From the NCBI GenBank assembly GCA_001805615.1, contig MHGP01000035.1, positions 10,222 to 62,743 of the forward strand: a stretch of 52,522 bases of DNA, in the 5' to 3' direction. Position 1 is the stretch's first letter; each line of letters opens with the position of its first letter. The position numbers were made by a program, and so were the translations under genes. Below the pieces are notes generated by a model that ran no database searches, was not told the origin of the DNA, and saw only the letters and a list, made by a program, of their open reading frames with translations. The stretch is from Omnitrophica WOR_2 bacterium RIFCSPHIGHO2_02_FULL_48_11 (lineage in GTDB: Bacteria; Omnitrophota; Gorgyraeia; Zapsychrales; GWA2-47-8). Positions 44,743-52,092 of this stretch are shown piece after piece.

Positions 44743-45891
44743 TTAGTAGGTGATCTTTTTCTGTATTAATCGGTTATTTAAATTGACCTTCCCTAAAAAT
44801 TTTACGATCCGGCCGCTGGCCTTTCCGTCACCATAAGGATTGCGGCACTGCTTGACACGCCGGCGGAACTTTTGATCATGGATCACTTTTTGGATCACGC
44901 GCGCAATGATCCGCTTCTCATGCGGCACATCGATCACATTGACACTGCGCTCTCTGCCTTCTTGACGGCAGCCGATATTAATCACCGGCAAACGGAACGA
45001 CGCCGCTTCAATGATCCCGCTGCTGGAATTTCCTATCAGCACCGATGCTATTTTTAAAAGGCCCAAATAATCGGCATGCGGGATACTTTTATAATGTTTC
45101 AGGAACAGATATTTTTTAAATTTACCCAAAACCTTGATCATCGCCCGCCCGCCGGCATCCGCATTCGGATAAACCACCACAGTTTGCAACTTTAGATCAA
45201 CAATGGCCTGCAAGGTCGACTGGATCTGCTTTCCCGCTTCCTTGATTTGTGAATGCACCGGATGCTGCACCAAAAGACCCAACGGCTGGCGTGGATCAAG
45301 GCGATATTTTTTTAATAATGTTTGTTTAGGCATGACCTGGTCATTTAAGATCCGATCCAGCGCCGGAGCACCCGCGACCATGACACGCCACGGCTCTTCC
45401 CCCAATCTCAGGATCCGCTCTCTCGCTTTTTGGGTAGCTGGAAAATGAATATGCGCGAGTTTGGTGATCGCATGGCGGACAACCCCGTCCACATGACCCG
45501 AGACCTCGCCGCCGTGAATATGCACAACGGGAATGTTCATATAATTCGCCGCCACCGCGGCCGCCAGGACCTCGCCCCGGTCGCCCAAAGTCAAAATAAA
45601 ATCCGGTCTCAACCGTTGAAAGCATCGCACAAATTTGGAGGTGCCGCGCCCCACACCATCGGCCATCGCCCCACCTTTATCCTGCGCATGACTGATGTCG
45701 ATCTTTGCGTAAACCGAAAACCCGTCGCGTTCAATTTCTTTCACGGTATAACCAAACTCCGTCATCAAATGCATTCCCGTCGCCACCACATACAAATTGA
45801 AATGCTTCGAACTCCGGATCGCCTCCATCACCGGAGCCAAGATCCCGTATTCCGCCCGCGTTCCCGTGATCACACACACTTTACGTTTCAT
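44743..45891 (-). CDS. neuC: UDP-N-acetylglucosamine 2-epimerase (hydrolysing), NeuC/LegG-like
   Basis: KVCVITGTRAEYGILAPVMEAI and VVHIHGGEVSG. I place the start at MKRKVCV.., giving an ATGA overlap with the neuB-like stop (45888..45891). Confidence 0.85.
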   Translation of the reverse strand: MKRKVCVITGTRAEYGILAPVMEAIRSSKHFNLYVVATGMHLMTEFGYTVKEIERDGFSVYAKIDISHAQDKGGAMADGVGRGTSKFVRCFQRLRPDFILTLGDRGEVLAAAVAANYMNIPVVHIHGGEVSGHVDGVVRHAITKLAHIHFPATQKARERILRLGEEPWRVMVAGAPALDRILNDQVMPKQTLLKKYRLDPRQPLGLLVQHPVHSQIKEAGKQIQSTLQAIVDLKLQTVVVYPNADAGGRAMIKVLGKFKKYLFLKHYKSIPHADYLGLLKIASVLIGNSSSGIIEAASFRLPVINIGCRQEGRERSVNVIDVPHEKRIIARVIQKVIHDQKFRRRVKQCRNPYGDGKASGRIVKFLGKVNLNNRLIQKKITY

Positions 45892-46937
45892 TGCACGATA
45901 TCCCATGAAAAAATTTGATCTTTACGGATTATAGTTTTGGCCCTTTTCCCGGTCAGCCGCTGTAGCCATTTCGGCTCGATCCCGGTTCCCGGCCGCTTGA
46001 CCGTCAGCATATCCGACGTGATTGTGACCCCTTTTTCAATATCACACGCCGCCACAATACTCTTGCGCGCGACCTTCTGAATCGCGATCTCCGACGGATT
46101 AGGTTTCTTAATACCGTTGCCTCTGGCTTTCTCAACATTACGAATCGCCTCGACCATTTTCTGAAACTCCTGCGGCTCCAGCGAAGTTTTATGGTCCGGC
46201 CCCGGCAAATTTTTATCCAGTGTCAGATGTTTTTCAATGACGCACGCGCCCAGCGCAACCGCCGCAACGCTGATCTCAATTCCCAATGTATGGTCCGAAT
46301 ACCCCACCGCGACATCAAATTTATTTCTTAAAGTCAGCATCGCATTCAAATTCACTTCTTCATATTTGGTCGGATAATTCGACGTGCAATGCAGCAAAAT
46401 CAGCTCCCTGTTCCCCTCCTTATGAATCGTCTTCACCGCTTCAACAACCTCCTCCAGCGACGACATGCCCGTCGACAAGATGATCGGCTTTTTAAACTGT
46501 GCCACTTGCTGCAACAAAGGGACATTGGTCAATTCTCCAGAACCGATCTTATACGCCGGCAATCCCAGCAACGCGAGGAACTCCGCGCTGATCCGATCGA
46601 ACGGCGTTGACAAAAACATGATCCCCTTTTTCTGGGAATACTCAAATAATTCGGAAAATTGATCCTCGGAAAGTTCCAGTTTTTTAAGCATGGCGTATTG
46701 GGAAGGATGCGCATCGGTCTTTTTTTGATATTCCGCTTTCGGCGCGTTCGCCGTCACTAATTCCTCAGCGCGAAAGGTTTGAAATTTTATCGCGTCCGCA
46801 CCGATCCTTTTTGCACTATCCACTAACTTCTTAGCCATGGCGATCTGACCGTTGTGATTCACCCCTGCCTCAGCGATGATAAAGACCGGACATTGTTCCG
46901 CGATCACACGGTTCCCTATTTTAATTCCCTTAGCCAT
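45888..46937 (-). CDS. neuB: N-acylneuraminate/legionaminate synthase, NeuB/LegI-like
   Basis: CPVFIIAEAGVNHNGQIAMAKKLV, GADAIKFQTF, and a SAF-like C-terminus. 349 aa. Confidence 0.9.
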   Translation of the reverse strand: MAKGIKIGNRVIAEQCPVFIIAEAGVNHNGQIAMAKKLVDSAKRIGADAIKFQTFRAEELVTANAPKAEYQKKTDAHPSQYAMLKKLELSEDQFSELFEYSQKKGIMFLSTPFDRISAEFLALLGLPAYKIGSGELTNVPLLQQVAQFKKPIILSTGMSSLEEVVEAVKTIHKEGNRELILLHCTSNYPTKYEEVNLNAMLTLRNKFDVAVGYSDHTLGIEISVAAVALGACVIEKHLTLDKNLPGPDHKTSLEPQEFQKMVEAIRNVEKARGNGIKKPNPSEIAIQKVARKSIVAACDIEKGVTITSDMLTVKRPGTGIEPKWLQRLTGKRAKTIIRKDQIFSWDIVQ

Positions 46938-47532
46938 GGTGTTTTGACTTTCCCAAAAGATAGATCGTCTCGTTATTCTTTAAAACCTCTTTTTCAAGGC
47001 TGAAAAGCGTATTAAAAACCTCTCTCAGTTCTTCAAATGACTTCACAAAACCGATGGGATCCGGTGGTAAATACAGCGTGATATAAACATAGTTGGCTTT
47101 CGCCGCGGCTTTCTGCAAAACTTCTTCCCAATTTTGTAAATAAGACAGAACCTCTAGCATCACGATGGCGTCCCATCTTTGCGGAGCACTTAAAGCTTCT
47201 TCGGCGGTCGCGGTGGAGAAACGAATCCCCGGGTACCGTTGTTCAGCTTTAGCGATCGCTGTTTGCGAAATATCAACACCCATCACAGAATCGGCAATCG
47301 TTGCGAGTTGATTTGTAAAAGCCCCTTTGCCGCAACCGATGTCCAGAATGGAAGAGAACCTGTAATTTTTCAAGAGCTCCCAGGAACCTTGCTTGGTCGG
47401 ATGCCGCAGATCCTCCTGAAACCAGCTGTCAAAACCTTCTCGCTCCTCGTTGGCGTACATCTCTTCAAAGCGGCCCACGAATTTACGGTTTTCGGTATCA
47501 AAAACATATTTATGATACGGTTGCTGTGTCAT
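46930..47532 (-). CDS. Class I SAM-dependent methyltransferase
   Basis: Motif I ILDIGCGKGAFTNQL, 200 aa. Located between the neuA-like and neuB-like genes. Confidence 0.75.
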   Translation of the reverse strand: MTQQPYHKYVFDTENRKFVGRFEEMYANEEREGFDSWFQEDLRHPTKQGSWELLKNYRFSSILDIGCGKGAFTNQLATIADSVMGVDISQTAIAKAEQRYPGIRFSTATAEEALSAPQRWDAIVMLEVLSYLQNWEEVLQKAAAKANYVYITLYLPPDPIGFVKSFEELREVFNTLFSLEKEVLKNNETIYLLGKSKHHG

Positions 47533-48169
47533 GTTCTACACCCGCGTGTTGTTTCAACAAAACTTGCTCCGCCAGCCAGAAATCAAACTCCTCATCGATC
47601 TCGATATTTTCTTCGCGGCCGGTAAAAACGTTGCCTGCCTTTTTTCCGTAGAGCGTTCCTTTTTTGATCAACGACGATTTCACCACATACACATTGCCGT
47701 CGTCGTAAAAAAATCCCTTTAACTCCTGCCGGCGCTTGGTGTAACTGCCGTATTCCATAAATTTGCAGATAAACCCGGTCGCCAAATTATCACACTTCTT
47801 TTTTTCAAACTCTCTGATACATTCATCGATCAATCCGGCCCGGCGGATCGGTGAGGTCGGCTGCAAGATCACAACATTCTCCGCATCGATCTTAGTTAAT
47901 ACCTGCTGCAAGGCCGACAAGGTCGTCGCGGTATCCGTTGCCAATTTCTTCGGCCGGTCGATCACCTCGCACCCGAACGTTCGTGCCACTTGAGCGATCT
48001 CGGCATCTTCCGTCGAGACCACGCACCGGTCGAGCAATTTCGCTTGCCGCGCCGCTTCCATCGTCCAGGCGAGCAAAGGTTTGCCGGCGATCATTTTGAT
48101 ATTTTTCCGCGGGATCCCTTTGCTTCCTCCGCGCGCCGGGATCACGGCTAAGTACGGGATACGAGACAT
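47510..48169 (-). CDS. neuA: Acylneuraminate cytidylyltransferase, NeuA/LegF-like
   Basis: LAVIPARGGSKGIPRKNIKMIAGKPLL. I place the start at the internal Met (MSRIPYL..). The upstream part of the ORF overlaps the preceding gene in another frame. Confidence 0.85.
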   Translation of the reverse strand: MSRIPYLAVIPARGGSKGIPRKNIKMIAGKPLLAWTMEAARQAKLLDRCVVSTEDAEIAQVARTFGCEVIDRPKKLATDTATTLSALQQVLTKIDAENVVILQPTSPIRRAGLIDECIREFEKKKCDNLATGFICKFMEYGSYTKRRQELKGFFYDDGNVYVVKSSLIKKGTLYGKKAGNVFTGREENIEIDEEFDFWLAEQVLLKQHAGVEHDTATVS

Positions 48170-49344
48170 TCTTTTTCTACTTCCTGAGCGGTGTCGCGCA
48201 CCGCTGCAATAACCTGGTTGATACGTTCTTCCGGCATCAAAACCATGATTGGCAGCGCGATCGCCCGCCGCAGATAACCGGTTGACTGGCTCCAAACTTT
48301 CTCCAGATCTTTTCCTTTAAATTCCGAAAAGTTATAAAAAATCTGTGTCCATGTACCGGCAAAATGCCAATCGATCGCGTCGGGCAAATTTTTCGTCCCA
48401 AAGCCTTTGTCTTTCAACTTTTTTGCAAAAAGCGACGCCTTCTCTCTCGATGGCATGAAAAAGATCAGCGTGTCGCCCGCATCACCCTCGGGGTTGGGGA
48501 TCTCCCGGAACTCGATGCCCGGAATATTCTTGATCCCTTCCTTGATCTTGCGCTTATTGTCGCGCTGTTTTTGCAGGATATAATCCAATTTCTTTAACTG
48601 GGCTAAGCCGATCGCGCCGTGCAGTTCATTGGCTTTATAATTGAAGCCCCAAGTCGTGCGCGTGTCTTCGCCGCGGGGCACCTTGGGATTTTGTTCATGG
48701 CCGTGATCCGAATATTCCCGTGCCTTCAAATAAATTTTTTCATCATTGGTAACAACCAGCCCGCCTTCGCCGGTCGTGATGATCTTACCGATATCCAAAC
48801 TGTAGATCCCGACGGCGCCAAGCGTTCCCAGATATTTTCCTTTATACGTCGCGCCCATGGCCTGAGCACTGTCTTCCACGATCGGCAAACCATGCTTTTG
48901 CGCGATCGCCTGGATCTCCTCCATCTTGGCAGCGACTCCGGCCATGTATACCGGCACGATCGCTTTAGTTTTTTTCGTGATCTTTTTTTCCAGATCTTTG
49001 GGGTCCATATTCAACGATTTATCCACCTCCGTCACAACGGGAACAGCGCCTAATTCCAAGATCGCCTCGATGGTCGCGATAAACGTAAAACTCTGCGTGA
49101 TGACCTCGTCCCCGGCCTTGACCCCGACGGCAAGCAAGGCAAGCTTCAAAGCAGCGGTCCCATTGCAAACACACAAGACATGCTTCACACCGATCTTCTT
49201 AGCAACGGCATTTTCAAAATCATTCACCCGAAAAATGTTCTGCCGCTTGGCATCTAATCCGTAGCGGTATAAAACGCCTCCCTTATCAAAAAGGTCGGCC
49301 ACCGCCTGTTTTTCTTCTTCTCCGATCAACTCAAACCCTGGCAT
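48148..49344 (-). CDS. DegT/DnrJ/EryC1/StrS-family PLP-dependent aminotransferase (second copy)
   Basis: 398 aa with the PLP-lysine segment YSLDIGKIITTGEGG. Confidence 0.85.
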   Translation of the reverse strand: MPGFELIGEEEKQAVADLFDKGGVLYRYGLDAKRQNIFRVNDFENAVAKKIGVKHVLCVCNGTAALKLALLAVGVKAGDEVITQSFTFIATIEAILELGAVPVVTEVDKSLNMDPKDLEKKITKKTKAIVPVYMAGVAAKMEEIQAIAQKHGLPIVEDSAQAMGATYKGKYLGTLGAVGIYSLDIGKIITTGEGGLVVTNDEKIYLKAREYSDHGHEQNPKVPRGEDTRTTWGFNYKANELHGAIGLAQLKKLDYILQKQRDNKRKIKEGIKNIPGIEFREIPNPEGDAGDTLIFFMPSREKASLFAKKLKDKGFGTKNLPDAIDWHFAGTWTQIFYNFSEFKGKDLEKVWSQSTGYLRRAIALPIMVLMPEERINQVIAAVRDTAQEVEKECLVSRT

Positions 49345-50506
49345 AAGTTCCCCCCGGATGAAATATTTTTGTCATCATCTTTCTTACATCTTCTTTCGTA
49401 ATTTCCATAGGATTCTGGTCGATCGCCGCCTTTAAGACATCGTATTGCTCGATGAGGAATTCCGCATCCTTATCGGTCAATTTATAGGCAGCGATGGCCT
49501 TGGGCACATCGAGCTTGGTCATTAATTCCGCAATCCGTTTTACGAATTCGCTGTTTTTTTCTTTCACCGCAAGTTTTTTGTCAGCGCCTTCCATGAGATC
49601 ATAAAGGGCGGCATAATCCTGATACCCTTTTTCGACATTAAGGCGCGTGATCTCCGGCAGAAAGATCGCCCCGGCATAGCCGTGGGGAACTTTATAGACC
49701 GCACCCAGCGGATACGAAAACGCCCCCGACGGGCCGGAGCCTGCATTGATCAAGGCGGCGCCCGCCAAATACGCGCCCAGCGCCAAATGACCGCGGATCT
49801 CGATGTCTTGAGGGTGATCCAGGACTTTATTTAAATTATTATAAAGCAGGCGAAAGGCCTCTGTGGAATACATCCGGGAAACCGGGGTGTGATTTTTGTG
49901 CACATAACTTTCTAACGTATGGACCAAAGCATCTGCGCCCGAGGAGACGGTGACCGCTTTCGGACACCCGACGGTAAAAAGCGGATCAAGGATCGCCTGC
50001 ACGGGGTAATTGTATTCGGAGTTGATGCCCAATTTTTTCTTTTGCTTCGCATCCGTAAAGACCGCGTTGTAAGTGACTTCACTTCCGGTCCCCGCGGTCG
50101 TTGGGATCGCCACAACCGGCAAAGGACGGTGCTGCAATTTAGGAAAACCACGGTAGGAGATCGCTTCTCCCGGATTGGTCACCAGCGTCGCGACACCCTT
50201 CGTTAAATCCAACGTGCTGCCCCCGCCGATCCCCACGAGACATTCGAATCCCTGATTTAAGAACGGTTTTTTAAACGCCTCCAGGAAATCATAGTCGGGC
50301 TCGATGGCATCATTCTCAAACGTTTGATAGGCGACCTGCGCCGCCTTGATACTTTCCAAAGCCTTTCTCGTCTGCGGATGCGCTACGATACCGCGATCCA
50401 AAATAATCCCGACTTTTCTATAACCTAACTCCGTCAGGATCTTCCCCAGCTGTTCGCTCGTCGCTGCGCCGAACACCAAATGTGTTTTCAGTTTAAAATT
50501 AAACAT
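49331..50506 (-). CDS. Iron-containing (group III) alcohol dehydrogenase
   Basis: VGIGGGSTLDLTKGVA and downstream His-rich metal-site segments (..ALVHTLESYVH..). I place the start at MFNFKLK.. (internal Met of the ORF). Confidence 0.85.
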   Translation of the reverse strand: MFNFKLKTHLVFGAATSEQLGKILTELGYRKVGIILDRGIVAHPQTRKALESIKAAQVAYQTFENDAIEPDYDFLEAFKKPFLNQGFECLVGIGGGSTLDLTKGVATLVTNPGEAISYRGFPKLQHRPLPVVAIPTTAGTGSEVTYNAVFTDAKQKKKLGINSEYNYPVQAILDPLFTVGCPKAVTVSSGADALVHTLESYVHKNHTPVSRMYSTEAFRLLYNNLNKVLDHPQDIEIRGHLALGAYLAGAALINAGSGPSGAFSYPLGAVYKVPHGYAGAIFLPEITRLNVEKGYQDYAALYDLMEGADKKLAVKEKNSEFVKRIAELMTKLDVPKAIAAYKLTDKDAEFLIEQYDVLKAAIDQNPMEITKEDVRKMMTKIFHPGGTYARV

Positions 50507-51062
50507 TTTTCTCCATGAGGACATTGTCTTTGGAAAGTTCATGAATAAGGTCAACTGTTTTAACCGGATAGCCGGGATCGACAATAACATTTTCCCGGCA
50601 GATAAACACGACACCCCTAAAATCCGCGGGCGGAAGTTCTTCGGTGTAGGCCAATTTATAATCCGTTAATCCCAGATCTTTAAAGACCATTTCCGTTAGG
50701 ATCGCAAAGTCTGATTTCCCCAGAATGACAAAATTCCTCTCCCCCTCTTGATAAAGCGCGGCAATGAGTTGCTTGGCCTGGTCTTTGATAAGGCCGATGG
50801 CATTGAGTGTATTCAGGGTGTATTTGATGGATTTGCGCATTTTTTCGGCAAATCCTTTTGGGGTAAGAATATATTGAACTTTACGTTGATTGAGTTGCGT
50901 GATGCGGATATAACCCTTGGCCACGAGGCGACGGATGAGCATATTCGTTTGCCCCAGGGAAAGCTGCAAATGGCGGGAAAGGTCGCGCTGATTAGAGCCT
51001 AACTTCTGTCCGATAATATTAACGAGCTCAAACTCGCGTTCGTCCAAAACTTCTTTAGGCAT
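50499..51062 (-). CDS. MarR-like winged-helix transcriptional regulator (EPS-associated type) with extra ~85-aa C-terminal domain
   Basis: N-terminal NQRDLSRHLQLSLGQTNMLIRRLVAKGYIRITQLNQRKVQYILTPKGFAEK matches my recollection of the EPS-associated MarR family. It is the first gene after promoter P1. Confidence 0.65.
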   Translation of the reverse strand: MPKEVLDEREFELVNIIGQKLGSNQRDLSRHLQLSLGQTNMLIRRLVAKGYIRITQLNQRKVQYILTPKGFAEKMRKSIKYTLNTLNAIGLIKDQAKQLIAALYQEGERNFVILGKSDFAILTEMVFKDLGLTDYKLAYTEELPPADFRGVVFICRENVIVDPGYPVKTVDLIHELSKDNVLMEKNV

Positions 51063-51100
51063 ATATACTTATCACTTTGCTAGAGGTTTTATAGACAGCT

Positions 51101-51117
51101 TGTTCAATAATTGAACA
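51101..51117. promoter_or_regulatory. 17-bp perfect palindrome TGTTCA-N5-TGAACA (candidate operator, copy 1)
   Basis: Plus strand 51101..51117 reads TGTTCAATAATTGAACA. It lies 5 nt downstream of the -10 hexamer of P1 and 39 nt upstream of the regulator start codon. Confidence 0.5.
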
Positions 51118-51122
51118 TATAA

Positions 51123-51150
51123 ATTATAAAGAATTGCCTAAAAATGTCAA
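51123..51150 (-). promoter_or_regulatory. Consensus sigma70-type promoter P1: TTGACA-N16-TATAAT
   Basis: Minus strand reads TTGACA (51150..51145), a 16-nt spacer tttttaggcaattctt, then TATAAT (51128..51123). It sits in the 118-bp AT-rich gap upstream of the regulator gene. Confidence 0.6.
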
Positions 51151-51180
51151 TAATTAATTGAATTCTAAGGGTTGGGCCGC

Positions 51181-52092
51181 TTAGAGAATTTCCCAGGCCT
51201 GGCCGCGGTGGCCAAAGGAAAAATGCGCGGGGTAAAGGATTTCAGCAAGAATTTCCAGCGATTCAACCACCCGGGGGCCGGGACGGTTGAAATATTGATT
51301 GCCATCGACAAGAAAAACCTGCTCCTCTTTAACGGCCCGGAGACCTTTCCACACAGGGTTACCGGTCAAATTTTTTATCTCTTGGCGGCTGCGCTTGATA
51401 TCCCAGCCGCATGGCATTGTAATAATAATGTCCGGATCCTTACTTTTAAGATCTTCCCAGGTCATCCAGGGGGCGTGTTGGCCGGGCGTTCCGAAAAGAT
51501 CCTTCGCTCCCAGCATCTGGACCAGCTCGGGAACCCAATTTCCCGCAGCCATCAAAGGGTCAAACCATTCGATACAGGCGACGGTGGGTTTCGGCCAGGC
51601 ATGGTTAATTTTCTTCTGGATCGCCTGCATCCGGGAATTTAATTGCGCGACCAATTCCTCTGCGCGCTTGGGGGCCTGCAGGGCTTTCGCGACCTGATGC
51701 AAACTGTCCCAAATATCGTTCAAAGAATTCGGCCGCAGAGAAACGATCTTTGTCTCTGAATCCAGCCACTGGCAAACCGCTTTTTCCACATCCTTCAGGC
51801 TCACCGCGCAAACCTCGCAATGGTCCTGGGTGACGATCACATCCGGTTTCAAACTTTTCAACTTTTCCTCATCTATAATATAAACAGATAAAAATTCGCG
51901 GACGATCTCTTTGACCTGCCGGTCGATCTCACGGCTGCTGGCATGAACATTGACCTTGGTCTCGGAACAGGACGGGAGTTTGTGGACACCGGATGGAAAA
52001 TCGCATTCGTGGGAACGCCCAACGAGATTTTTTTCAAATCCCAGAGCGCAGACAATTTCAGTGGCACTGGCGATGAGCGAAACGATCCGCAT
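51181..52092 (-). CDS. BtuF-like (class III periplasmic-binding-protein fold) cobalamin/iron-chelate-binding protein without signal peptide
   Basis: The protein starts directly with MRIVSLIASATEIVCALGF, the mature-domain motif of the family. The start codon shares one base with the cobO stop (TAATG at 52090..52094). Confidence 0.7.
   Translation of the reverse strand: MRIVSLIASATEIVCALGFEKNLVGRSHECDFPSGVHKLPSCSETKVNVHASSREIDRQVKEIVREFLSVYIIDEEKLKSLKPDVIVTQDHCEVCAVSLKDVEKAVCQWLDSETKIVSLRPNSLNDIWDSLHQVAKALQAPKRAEELVAQLNSRMQAIQKKINHAWPKPTVACIEWFDPLMAAGNWVPELVQMLGAKDLFGTPGQHAPWMTWEDLKSKDPDIIITMPCGWDIKRSRQEIKNLTGNPVWKGLRAVKEEQVFLVDGNQYFNRPGPRVVESLEILAEILYPAHFSFGHRGQAWEIL

Noticed and set aside
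49331-50506. The Fe-ADH-like protein as a dehydroquinate-synthase-type sugar-phosphate cyclase. With a DegT aminotransferase and a twitch/SPASM radical SAM, this would hint at an aminocyclitol pathway.
   Set aside because: The Gly-rich motif is GGGSTLDLTKG, typical of group III iron alcohol dehydrogenases rather than DHQS/DOIS-type cyclases. The radical SAM genes are 20-45 kb away in other modules.
51151-51200. GC-rich segment (GGGTTGGGCCGC...GGCCGCGGTGGCC) around the BtuF-like stop codon as a possible intrinsic terminator before promoter P1.
   Set aside because: I could not find a clean stem-loop followed by a U-tract on the minus strand, and part of the segment is coding.
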